A stretch of 64,000 nt of DNA from an uncultured Eubacteriales bacterium (GCA_934525065.1 CAKSYX010000003.1:27543-91542); one strand, 5' to 3'; counted from the first letter of the stretch, positions 17,504 to 26,126 are shown. Notes: generated from the sequence alone by a model not told the origin. Made by a program: numbers and translations.

Positions 17504-19444
17504 ATGAAAAAACTTTTGAGCGTAATCCTCGCTCTGACGATGGTTTTCTGCTCTGTTTCGGCTCTTTCGGCCGCGGCAGAGGACAAGAAGGTTACACCGC
17601 TTATCATCGTTCCCGGTTACAGTGCTTCAGAGCTTTACCTTGACTACGGCCTTGAATCCGAAGAACACGTTTGGGGCGTTCAGATGAAGCCTATCATCGA
17701 CAAGGTTCTTCAGCGTCTCGGCGCCCTCGGAATCAGTCTCGGTGCTCTCGGCGCAGGCGACAAGGAGCTGCTCATCAAAACAGTCGGCGACGCCGTTCGC
17801 GAGCTTTACGGTGTACTCGCCAACAACGATGACGGAACCAGCAAGTATAACGTCACCGCAGCTCTCACCGACCCGGCAACGACCACCACAAAATATTTTG
17901 TTGAAAAGTACGGCGAGAATTCCGGTATGCTCCACCTTCCGGAAATCAACTGCCACTTTGCCTCACAGATCGGCGGCGAGAACATTTTCAACGCTCACAT
18001 CGACTTCAGACAGGGCGCAATCAAGTGTGCGCAGGATTTGAGAAGATATGTTGAAGCTGTCAAGGAATACACAGGCTCCGATAAAGTCAGCCTTTACGGT
18101 CTCAGCCACGGCGGAATGACCGTCGGCGTTTATCTCAGCCTTTACGGCGACCTCGGAGACATTGAGTCGGCCGTTATGTTCCACCCGGCTCTCCGCGGTG
18201 CATACTTCCTCAACGATATCATTTCAAGAAACCTGAACATTGATTTCAAAACTGTTGTTGAATACGCTCAGGTCGGTGCTTTCTCAGAAACCGAATTTGA
18301 ATTCCTTATGGTTCTTCAGCGTCTCGGCCTTGTCAACGACCTTGCGAATGCTCTTGTTGACGAAGTGTTCGACGACATTGCGGGAAATTGGGGCAGCATC
18401 TGGGACTTCATGCCGCCCGAAGTATATGAAAAGTATAAAGCAATGTACCTTGACCCGGTTGCAAACGCAAAAATTATTGAAGCCAGCGACAAAATGCATT
18501 ACGAAATTATGCCAAACTACACCGAAGCGTTCAAAAACGCTCAGGCTCACGGCGCGAGAGTTTCAATCATTTCCGGCACCGACAGGGCGATAATCACCGG
18601 CGGACAGGTCAACTCAGACGGAATCCTCGCCTGCTATTCCACAAGCGGCAGCGTCTGCGCGCCGCTCGGCGAGCGTTTTGCCGACGGTTACAAAAAGACC
18701 GGAACAAACTGCACCGAACCGACTCATAATCACATCTCCCCGGCAATGACGGTTGACGCTTCATATGCATACCTTCCGGAGAACACTTGGTTCACCCAGG
18801 GACAGCTCCACGGTCAGGTCTGGTGGGATGATTACACCAAAGAGCTTTGCTCAAAGCTTCTTTTCTCGGACGAAATTGAAGACATCTATTCAAGTGAAAA
18901 GTTCCCGCAGTTTGAATATTCCCGGAACCCGAAGGATGAGATTCACGTTAAGTTTGATTTTGCTCCGGTCGGCTATCTTTCGCAGGAAAGCAAGGGCGTT
19001 TATGTCACCAACCTCTCAAAGGAATACTCGGTGAAGGTTCTCACCCTTTCCGCAAAGCGCAGCAAGCTTTATTTCAACACGCTGAATGACAAGGTTCTCA
19101 AGCCCGGCGAAACGGTTTATATCCCCTTCAGCGGCAATGTTCCCGACCTCAACGCCGCCAAGGATGAGCTGACCGTCACCTACGTTCAGGCCGGCTCGGT
19201 TTCCGCAATCGGAACAAAGACCTTCAGCTTCACCATCACAGGAGGTCAGGACGTTGAATACAACACAGACGAGCCCTACTGTGACGCAGACCTCGCCGAT
19301 CCGTTCGACGACCATATCGGCGGCAGCACGGCTGACAAGGTTCTCGACTTCTTCGGAATCAAAAAGCTTCTGTCTGCAATTTATAACTGGCTCATGACTT
19401 ACCTTGCACCGCTCTTCAGGTTCATCTCTCAGGTCAAAGGCTGA
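17504..19444 (+). CDS. secreted alpha/beta-hydrolase, lipase/esterase-like, with hydrophobic C-terminal tail
   Basis: Signal peptide MKKLLSVILALTMVFCSVSALSAAA. PLIIVPGYSAS. GLSHGG (GxSxG). Confidence 0.65.
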   Translation: MKKLLSVILALTMVFCSVSALSAAAEDKKVTPLIIVPGYSASELYLDYGLESEEHVWGVQMKPIIDKVLQRLGALGISLGALGAGDKELLIKTVGDAVRELYGVLANNDDGTSKYNVTAALTDPATTTTKYFVEKYGENSGMLHLPEINCHFASQIGGENIFNAHIDFRQGAIKCAQDLRRYVEAVKEYTGSDKVSLYGLSHGGMTVGVYLSLYGDLGDIESAVMFHPALRGAYFLNDIISRNLNIDFKTVVEYAQVGAFSETEFEFLMVLQRLGLVNDLANALVDEVFDDIAGNWGSIWDFMPPEVYEKYKAMYLDPVANAKIIEASDKMHYEIMPNYTEAFKNAQAHGARVSIISGTDRAIITGGQVNSDGILACYSTSGSVCAPLGERFADGYKKTGTNCTEPTHNHISPAMTVDASYAYLPENTWFTQGQLHGQVWWDDYTKELCSKLLFSDEIEDIYSSEKFPQFEYSRNPKDEIHVKFDFAPVGYLSQESKGVYVTNLSKEYSVKVLTLSAKRSKLYFNTLNDKVLKPGETVYIPFSGNVPDLNAAKDELTVTYVQAGSVSAIGTKTFSFTITGGQDVEYNTDEPYCDADLADPFDDHIGGSTADKVLDFFGIKKLLSAIYNWLMTYLAPLFRFISQVKG

Positions 19445-19460
19445 AAATAAAGACGCAAAG

Positions 19461-19484
19461 GGCGGACAGGCTTTCCTGTCCGCC
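19461..19484 (+). terminator. hairpin terminator after the lipase gene
   Basis: GGCGGACAGG-cttt-CCTGTCCGCC. Weak T-tract. Confidence 0.5.
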
Positions 19485-19502
19485 TTAAATCATCCGTCAT
19501 AA

Positions 19503-19676
19503 TTAGATATCTTGACAATCAAAGCGGATGCGAGTATCCGTTACCCGCTTTTGATCCGGTCTTCCTGCATTAAACTCTCTGTTAGGCAAATTAGGATATT
19601 TATGTAAATGTCCTTGCTGCATATATTCAATCAGTTCTTTTCCGCAATCTTTAGGATGCCTATATTCCCGTGACAT
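19503..19676 (-). pseudogene. IS3-family (IS150-like) transposase OrfB fragment
   Basis: ...NLPNREFNAGRPDQKRVTDTRI resembles the conserved NLL.R.F.A..PNQKWVTDITY block preceding the DDE core. It is only 57 aa, with no catalytic domain. Confidence 0.35.
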
Positions 19677-19762
19677 AACAAATCCTCCCATGGCAGTTAT
19701 TTTAATTCTACCATAGGAGGCTGTTTTTTCTATTGTCCTTTTTTACGGACTTGTTCATTAAA
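19655..19762. repeat. ~100-nt repeat with strong hairpin (copy 1 of 2)
   Basis: Near-identical to 27667-27766. Core CCTCCCATGGCAG-ttattttaattct-(a/g)CCATAGGAGG (19684-19720) is flanked by T-runs on both strands, so it has the form of a bidirectional terminator. Confidence 0.8.
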
Positions 19763-19790
19763 CTGTTTGCAACCTTTTTTGTGTAAGAAA

Positions 19791-20360
19791 TTACTCCCTG
19801 TTTTCTCCGAGCTTGCTTTGAATAAAGAAAAGCAGGAGCGGAAGCGTTGCCCACTGAAGAAGGATTCCGGGCAGACCTGTTACAACGCTCATGTAAATTG
19901 AAGAAAGCGTGATGCCCGTCTTTGAAACGGCGAGAACCACAACGAGAGTAACGGCCGCGCGGACGAGCCTTCCGGCAAGCTGAACCGTGAGCAGCTTCAA
20001 AAATGACGGCATACGCTCATTTCTGAGAAGTCCGGCAAAAAAGCCGTAAGCGGCAAGTTCACCGATCATGAGCGGAAGCATTGCAAGGTTCGGCATTCCG
20101 GAGAGGGCAAAGCTGACCGCCGGGGCAAGCGCACCGGCAACAAGACCCGCATAAGGGCCGGCAAAAAAACCGATAAAGATAATCGGCAGATGCATCGGCA
20201 AGAATGTTGCGCCGAGGGCTGTTCCGAGGCCGGAAACCGCGCCGACAACGTGGAAAAGCTGCGGAAGGGCAACGGCCAGAACGATTGCTCCGAGCGTTGC
20301 GAGTGACTGAACCTTAACCGAAAAGCGGGGCAAAGCCTTTACTTTTGTTTTTTCCATCAT
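19791..20360 (-). CDS. ECF-transporter S (substrate-capture) component, substrate unknown
   Basis: 189 aa and about 6 TM helices. FLPMHLPIIFIGFFAGPYAGLVAGALAP pattern is typical of ECF S components. Confidence 0.6.
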   Translation of the reverse strand: MMEKTKVKALPRFSVKVQSLATLGAIVLAVALPQLFHVVGAVSGLGTALGATFLPMHLPIIFIGFFAGPYAGLVAGALAPAVSFALSGMPNLAMLPLMIGELAAYGFFAGLLRNERMPSFLKLLTVQLAGRLVRAAVTLVVVLAVSKTGITLSSIYMSVVTGLPGILLQWATLPLLLFFIQSKLGENRE

Positions 20361-20478
20361 GAATCACTACTCCTGAATAACGCTTGCTTCGCTGCAGAAT
20401 GTGTGCAGCAGAGGACTTTAACATATTAAACTATAAAAGTGCACTTTAGTCAAGAGTGTTTTTGAAAAAAAGTCGCGA

Positions 20479-20646
20479 TTAGGCGGAGAGCTTCGAACTC
20501 AATGCGGTTTTTTAAGGCAAATTTCCGCCGATACTGCGTTAAAACGCCTCGCAATGCTTGACACGGGTATAGTGAGACAAAAAGTGCTGCAATGTGCGGA
20601 AAAACAAGTTCTTCAGGCACATTGAGTTTGAAGCTCTCCGGCCTAA
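20479..20646 (+). repeat. modular TIR-closed intergenic element, copy A (168 nt)
   Basis: TTAGGCGGAGAGCTTCGAACTCAATGCG ... GCACATTGAGTTTGAAGCTCTCCGGCCTAA. The closing stem has 26 Watson-Crick pairs, 1 G-U, 1 C-A and a 1-nt bulge. It shares left and right core modules with copies at 27382-27660 and 36424-36623. Confidence 0.85.
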
Positions 20647-20671
20647 CCGTGAAGCCCGCTGTCAGGCGTAC

Positions 20672-20710
20672 AAAACCGCTCTTCCGTTTTTTGTTCGGAA
20701 GAGCGGTTTT
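20672..20710 (-). terminator. bidirectional rho-independent terminator
   Basis: AAAACCGCTCTTCCG-ttttttgtt-CGGAAGAGCGGTTTT. Confidence 0.8.
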
Positions 20711-20712
20711 GT

Positions 20713-21669
20713 TCAGCTTGTTTTAATGCTCTCGTTGAATTGCTTAACGGCGTCGTGCCATTGCGCGTAGGCACTGTCGTTTCGTTTGTCCTTGAAAAGC
20801 CCGGTTTTTTGCAGGTACTTTGCAAGAAAAACGGAAACCTTTGTTGCGCCGGAATAGTTGAGGTGGTCGCCCTTGTCCTTTGTTTCAAGCTTCCAGTTTA
20901 TCGGAATCTGCCTTCTCATGAGGTTCAGGTCAAGGTATTCAACGCCGAGCTTTTTTGCAAGCTTTTCAACTGCGTTGTGGCGCGGCATACTCCAGTTCTT
21001 CGTGCTCGGTGAGCTGACCAGAACAAACCTTGCTCCGTTTGCTTCGCAGAAGTCACGCATCATTTTGACGTATTTTTCGTTCTGCTTTGAAAAGCTTTCC
21101 TCAAACGGGGAGGGCTTCATATAGTCCTTTGTTGATGCGGGTGAAACGGCGTTATTGTAGATATAGCCTTTGTTTATCTCTGTGCTTGAAAGGTCAACGC
21201 CGAACGACCAGTCGCGCAGGCTCAGCGTTTTCCAACGGTCGTGGTAGCGGAAAACGCTCAGCTTTTCTGAAAGCTTTTGGGTCAATATATCCGTTTGAGT
21301 AAACGCGCGGTAGATGACGTTTGTTTCAAGCATAACGATTCTCGGCTGCTGCTTTTCAAAGGTCTTTTCCAAAAACTCGTAGGAGTAGCAGAGAACCTGC
21401 GCCGAGGTTGCGCAAACGTATGACGTGATTCCGCTTTCGGTCCAAATTTTGAGCGGAACAAAGGCACTGTAGGCTTCGCTGTCACCAATGATGAGCGTGT
21501 CTATTGTGTTTTCCGGCTCGCCGAGGATACCGTTGGCGGTAGAGTCGAGCATACCGGATTCCTTCGAGTTGCCCTTGGGCTGGAAAATGAGCGAAGCGCC
21601 GAACATCAAAACGAGCAGCACCAGCGCAAAGGAGAGCAGACGCCAGAAGAGCTTTAAATACTTTTTCAT
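20713..21669 (-). CDS. membrane-anchored SGNH/GDSL-type esterase/acyltransferase partner of the MBOAT protein
   Basis: N-terminal TM helix. LIIGDSEAYSAF (block I GDS). GDHLNYSGA (block V D..H). Immediately downstream of the MBOAT gene. Confidence 0.6.
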   Translation of the reverse strand: MKKYLKLFWRLLSFALVLLVLMFGASLIFQPKGNSKESGMLDSTANGILGEPENTIDTLIIGDSEAYSAFVPLKIWTESGITSYVCATSAQVLCYSYEFLEKTFEKQQPRIVMLETNVIYRAFTQTDILTQKLSEKLSVFRYHDRWKTLSLRDWSFGVDLSSTEINKGYIYNNAVSPASTKDYMKPSPFEESFSKQNEKYVKMMRDFCEANGARFVLVSSPSTKNWSMPRHNAVEKLAKKLGVEYLDLNLMRRQIPINWKLETKDKGDHLNYSGATKVSVFLAKYLQKTGLFKDKRNDSAYAQWHDAVKQFNESIKTS

Positions 21670-21681
21670 GACCGCACCCCC

Positions 21682-23316
21682 TTAAAACTCGGCGTACATC
21701 GGGTCAACGGGAACATATCCCGGACCGTAAGCGCCGAAAATGATGATGAACATGATGAGTGCATAGAGAATGATGCGGCGGACAACAACGTTCTGCGAGG
21801 CAATTCTTTCGTTTACGTCAATGCCCTTTTCCTTGAGAAGGCCAACGATAAAGACAATCAGAACAACAACGCCGACGATGAAAAGGTCCTTCGTGTCAAT
21901 TCCGAAAGGCTTTAGTGTACTGTCGCTCAAGGCGGTGAAATGAACCTTTGTGAACATCAGCTTTGTCATTTCAAAGGCAGCGCGAAGCCCGTTCGCGCGG
22001 AAGAACAGCTCGCCGAAAACAACGAGAACCGCCGAGCGCAGAATCTGAAAAATTCTGTACGGAAGCCTCTCCGGGTTGATATGAAGCTTTTCGTTGAAAA
22101 GCTTGACTGCCGGGGCAATGAGACTTCCGCAAAGGATCAGAACAAAGTGATACATTCCGAAGAAGATGTAATGCCACGCAGAGCCGTGCCAAAGTCCGTT
22201 GCAAAACCAGACACAAAACAGGGCAATGCTGCCGGCAAGCAGGGGGCCGAAATGGTTGCCGAGCTTTTTGCGCGCCGAGGAGGTCAGGCTTTTCATCGGC
22301 TTGGACATGGTTACGGGATAGAAAATATAATCCTTGAACCATGTGCCGAGCGTAATATGCCAGCGCTGCCAGAATTCCGAAATCGTTTTTGAAAAGAACG
22401 GCCTGCGGAAATTTTCAGGCATCTCAACGCCGAAAATTATACCGATTCCGACAACCGCGTCCATTGTTCCGGAAAAGTCCATGTAAAGCTGAACGGTGTA
22501 TAGCAGTGCGCCGAGGGCAAGCATCGGGCCGTCATAATTTGCGTAGTGGTCAAACGCTTCGTTGACGAAGGGGTTGAGCCTGTCGGCAACAACGAGCTTT
22601 TTCATGTAGCCGAAAAGGATGCGCTGAATGCCGAGCAAAAAGCGGTGGTAGTCGATCTGTGTAACGCTCCAGAGCTTTTCCGCCGTTTGATTATAGCGGC
22701 AGATAGGGCCTTCAACAATTTGCGGAAAGAACGACATAAAAAGGCCGAGACGGAAAATGTTATCGTCCGCCTTTGTTGTTCCGCGATAGACGTCAAAGAG
22801 ATATGAAACAGCTTGAAGCGAATAGAAGGAAATGCCTATCGGCATGAGGTATGACGGAATTTCAAGCCTTGTTGAAACATTGAGAGCGGCGAGAACAGCG
22901 TTGAGGTTTTCCGTGAAGAACGGCGAATACTTGAGCACAAGCAGAAGCCCGATATGCAAAAACGCCGCAAAGCCGAGCACAAGGCGGCTCTTTTTTTGAA
23001 AGCTCTTTTTGATTTGTTTTCGCTCTTCCTTTTCCGCCGCTTTGACCGCTTCGGATTGCTTCCTCTGAATCCGGTCGAGCCACAGGCCGAAGTAATGAAC
23101 GGCCAGGATTGAAAGCAGCAAATAGATGATGAGCTTTCCGCTGACGAGCCAGAAGTAAATGAGGCTCGCCGCAAGGAGAAAGTATTTTTTAGCCCTTTTC
23201 GGCATGATTAAAAAGCCGAGAATGCTCGCGGGGAGAAAGAAATATAAAAACGCATTTGAAAAATACGACGTCATTATTGAGTATTTACCGGCAAAAAGCA
23301 GGTATGAAAGGCTCAT
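21682..23316 (-). CDS. MBOAT-family membrane O-acyltransferase (AlgI/DltB/PatA-like)
   Basis: RRPFFSKTISEFWQRWHITLGTWFKDYIFYP and NGLWHGSAWHY conserved-His blocks. RBS GGAGGAGG. Confidence 0.85.
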   Translation of the reverse strand: MSLSYLLFAGKYSIMTSYFSNAFLYFFLPASILGFLIMPKRAKKYFLLAASLIYFWLVSGKLIIYLLLSILAVHYFGLWLDRIQRKQSEAVKAAEKEERKQIKKSFQKKSRLVLGFAAFLHIGLLLVLKYSPFFTENLNAVLAALNVSTRLEIPSYLMPIGISFYSLQAVSYLFDVYRGTTKADDNIFRLGLFMSFFPQIVEGPICRYNQTAEKLWSVTQIDYHRFLLGIQRILFGYMKKLVVADRLNPFVNEAFDHYANYDGPMLALGALLYTVQLYMDFSGTMDAVVGIGIIFGVEMPENFRRPFFSKTISEFWQRWHITLGTWFKDYIFYPVTMSKPMKSLTSSARKKLGNHFGPLLAGSIALFCVWFCNGLWHGSAWHYIFFGMYHFVLILCGSLIAPAVKLFNEKLHINPERLPYRIFQILRSAVLVVFGELFFRANGLRAAFEMTKLMFTKVHFTALSDSTLKPFGIDTKDLFIVGVVVLIVFIVGLLKEKGIDVNERIASQNVVVRRIILYALIMFIIIFGAYGPGYVPVDPMYAEF

Positions 23317-23544
23317 CTTCTTTCCTCCTCCGGCTGCGCTTTTGAAACGTTAAAAAAGCGCAAAAGTAAAAAATTCATTTTTTTCAAATCCTTTCGTTAT
23401 TCGGCAGAAAGAGAAAATGCTTTGCCGCTTTTTGCCGGCGGCGGCTTTCTGCACATTTTTTTGTGCGCCTGTTCATAGGACGCAAAAGCAAGGAGAATTA
23501 TACTGTATACTGATTACGCAATGGAAAAGAAAGTATGTATAATC

Positions 23545-23562
23545 TGTCACAAATTTGTGACA
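23545..23562. promoter_or_regulatory. perfect 18-bp palindrome (candidate operator)
   Basis: TGTCACAAA|TTTGTGACA, directly abutting a TATAAT hexamer (23538-23543) on the plus strand. On the minus strand it overlaps a TTGTCA-16-TATACA candidate promoter. Confidence 0.4.
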
Positions 23563-23907
23563 AAATTCTTACGATCGCTTTTTGGGCTTGGATGCGGTTC
23601 TTGCCTGCAAAGCCGTGTCCACGCCGAAAATGAATAATACATTCGGAAAAGTGTATATACATTCTTCGTTGAATAATGAATATTCATCAATGATTTTGTT
23701 GAAAACCATGTTAGGAAAGTTGATAAGTTTACAGATAATCGATATTATATTGATTAAAACGAATTTTTGTGTTAAAAACGCAGAGTTTTGAACTTTTTCA
23801 ACTGAGTTTTCAACATATGTAAGAAAATCACTTTACAGTCAAAAAATCATCGTGAAGTAAAATAGCTTTACAGCTTTTTCGGCACAACGCCAACGCAAAA
23901 ATGCATA

Positions 23908-25221
23908 TTACCGCTCTTTTTTGCGTTTAACGAGGTCAATTACTTTGCAGACAAGAGTGTTTTTGAAAAGCGTTTTGTGAAGGCAGTGGCGTTTGATGCA
24001 GCAGACCGCCGCCAGCGTGAAGAGGACGCAAAGTGCCGAGCAGACTTCGGCGCGCAGAATGAAATAGTCCGGGCTGACGGTGAGCCACTCGGTGCCGAGA
24101 TGCGGGTTCAAAATCAGATAAAGTGAATCCTTAACAAGCAGTGCCGCCGAAACCGAAACCGAAAGGTGCAGCGCAATGTGCAGAATGTTCGGCAGCTTAT
24201 CGGAAAGGGCATACTTCGGTGCTCCGCCGCGTTCTCGCCTTCCGGAAAGGCAGAGGAGCAAAACCGTGAGCGCAAGCCCGATTGCCGAAACGGCGGCAGA
24301 AATGCTCAAATGCAGCGCAACACTGCGATAGATTTCGCGGTATGTACTTTCGATTTTTTCGCAGGCCGGGCTGAAAACCATGTCGGCCGGGAAGGAGACA
24401 AAAATATCGAAATCATGTTCATAGCTTTCCGAAAGCTCTTCAATGAGTGCAGACATATCGTCAAGTGAGCCGTGAACATAATATGGATTTTTTGAATCAA
24501 AGACCATCAGACAGTTTTCTTTTGAAGAAAAGAGCTTTTGTGCTTCTTCAAGCGATGAAACGTTTTCGTCGGTCGAAAGGCGCTTCTCCGTTCTGTCAAA
24601 AACCGCATAGCTCACAGAGCGCAGAGCCGCGAGAGTATCGGTGACACTGCGATAGCCCTCGTCAAGTCTTTTCTGAGATTCAAGAAGCTCGTCATACTGC
24701 TTTCTATAATGCTCTTCAACAGCGGCTTGGTTGACCGTACAGCCGTTCGGATTTTTCGTCACAAAGCCGTTTTGAAAATACTCCTTTTTAACGCTTCCGT
24801 TCTTTGTTTCATAGTCCAGAATTTGAAGCGTGGTTTCAATCTGCTTTTGGCAGTTTTTTTCGGCGTCTTCGGTCGCAAAGCGGATCATGTCCGGGCTTTC
24901 AAAGCCCTCGGGCGAAGAGTACTTGAGTGAGTAGTCAAGAATCGCCGAGAGGGTGTTTTTGACCTCAAGCTTCAGCGGCTCGCTTTTCCGGTAGTTGAAA
25001 CGGGGACCCTGCTTAAAGGCGTTGACAACGTAAGTTTGGTTTTCGGTATAAAGCAAAACAACGTCAAGGATCTGCGAGGAAGCAACAAATGTCGCCACAG
25101 CGATGAGAAAGACGATAATCGCCTTTGAAGATGTGAGATAAAGCGCATTGACAAGTGAGCCGGAAGAGATTTTTGAACGGGCGGATGCACCGCCTTTTGC
25201 TGTTTTTTTCCGAGCTTTCAT
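23908..25221 (-). CDS. hypothetical multi-pass membrane protein
   Basis: Start set at MKARKK (25221), with RBS AAGAGGG, 4 nt after the rsmA stop. One N-terminal TM helix, a ~270-aa soluble region and a C-terminal TM bundle. Confidence 0.6.
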   Translation of the reverse strand: MKARKKTAKGGASARSKISSGSLVNALYLTSSKAIIVFLIAVATFVASSQILDVVLLYTENQTYVVNAFKQGPRFNYRKSEPLKLEVKNTLSAILDYSLKYSSPEGFESPDMIRFATEDAEKNCQKQIETTLQILDYETKNGSVKKEYFQNGFVTKNPNGCTVNQAAVEEHYRKQYDELLESQKRLDEGYRSVTDTLAALRSVSYAVFDRTEKRLSTDENVSSLEEAQKLFSSKENCLMVFDSKNPYYVHGSLDDMSALIEELSESYEHDFDIFVSFPADMVFSPACEKIESTYREIYRSVALHLSISAAVSAIGLALTVLLLCLSGRRERGGAPKYALSDKLPNILHIALHLSVSVSAALLVKDSLYLILNPHLGTEWLTVSPDYFILRAEVCSALCVLFTLAAVCCIKRHCLHKTLFKNTLVCKVIDLVKRKKER

Positions 25222-25225
25222 TCTG

Positions 25226-26083
25226 TCACCCTCTTTGTAATTCTTCGCCGAGCAAAGCAAACTGCTCAAGACTCATCTGCTCGGCGCGGACGTTCGCGTC
25301 AAGGCCGGCTCTTTCAAGAGCTTCAAGCAGCCGCGGCTTTGAAACGGAGAGAGAAGAGCTGACCGAGTTGAGGAGAGTTTTGCGCCGTTGGGCGAAGGCT
25401 GCCTTAACAAGGCGGAAAAACGCCTTCTCGTCCTTGACGGAAACGGCGGGCTCCTTCCTCAGGTCAAGGCGGATCACGCTGCTGTCAACCTTCGGTGCGG
25501 GAATAAACGAGCCTTTTGAAACATCGAAAAGCTTTTTTGCTTCGGCGTAATAGTCAACACAGACCGTCACCGCGCCGGCAGAGCGCGAGCCGCAGCCGCT
25601 GCAAAGGCGTTCGGCAACCTCCTTCTGAACCATGACGGTTATGCAGCGAAGGGGCAGGCGGCTTTCAAGCAGGTGAGTGATTATCGGCGTTGTGATGTAA
25701 TACGGAAGATTGGCGCAGACAGCAACGTCAAGACCCTGAAATTTTTCCTTGATAAGCTCATGAAGGTCAACCTTCAAAACGTCGGCGTTGATGACTTCGG
25801 TGTTGAGACAGCCGTCAAGCGTTTCCGAAAGGACGGGTATCAGACGACTGTCAAGTTCAATTGAAACAACCTTGGCAGCTCTTTTTGAAAGCTCCTTCGT
25901 CAAAACGCCTATTCCGGCTCCGATTTCAATCACGCCGGTGTGTTCGTTTGCGCCGCCCTCTTCTGCCATTCTCGGGCAGACGGACGGGTTGACGAGAAAG
26001 TTTTGCCCGAGTGCCTTTGAAAACGTGAATCCGTGGCGCGAAAGCACGCTTTTGATTACGGAAATGTCCGATAAGTTTTGCAT
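25226..26083 (-). CDS. rsmA: 16S rRNA (adenine1518/1519-N6)-dimethyltransferase
   Basis: MQNLSD...HGFTFSKALGQNFLVN...VIEIGAGIGVLT...ANLPYYITTPI. Start at 26083 with AAGGAG. Confidence 0.9.
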   Translation of the reverse strand: MQNLSDISVIKSVLSRHGFTFSKALGQNFLVNPSVCPRMAEEGGANEHTGVIEIGAGIGVLTKELSKRAAKVVSIELDSRLIPVLSETLDGCLNTEVINADVLKVDLHELIKEKFQGLDVAVCANLPYYITTPIITHLLESRLPLRCITVMVQKEVAERLCSGCGSRSAGAVTVCVDYYAEAKKLFDVSKGSFIPAPKVDSSVIRLDLRKEPAVSVKDEKAFFRLVKAAFAQRRKTLLNSVSSSLSVSKPRLLEALERAGLDANVRAEQMSLEQFALLGEELQRG

Positions 26084-26098
26084 AGCACAAAATGCTCC

Positions 26099-26126
26099 TT
26101 GCATTTTCAAAAAATAGTTGTATAAT
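26099..26126 (+). promoter_or_regulatory. sigma-A-type promoter for galE
   Basis: TTGCAT (26099-26104), 16 nt, TATAAT (26121-26126). Confidence 0.5.

Noticed and set aside
20479-20646. Integron attC-like ends (TTAGGC ... GCCTAAC; GCTTAAC in copy B)
   Set aside because: The polarity is 5'-GTTRRRY...RYYYAAC-3', the mirror of attC sites (RYYYAAC...GTTRRRY). The elements are 170-280 nt, are not arrayed with cassettes, and no integron integrase is present in the window.
23582-23791. 69-aa ORF in the large AT-rich gap
   Set aside because: It has a TTG start with no RBS, AT-rich low-complexity translation, and no terminator logic.
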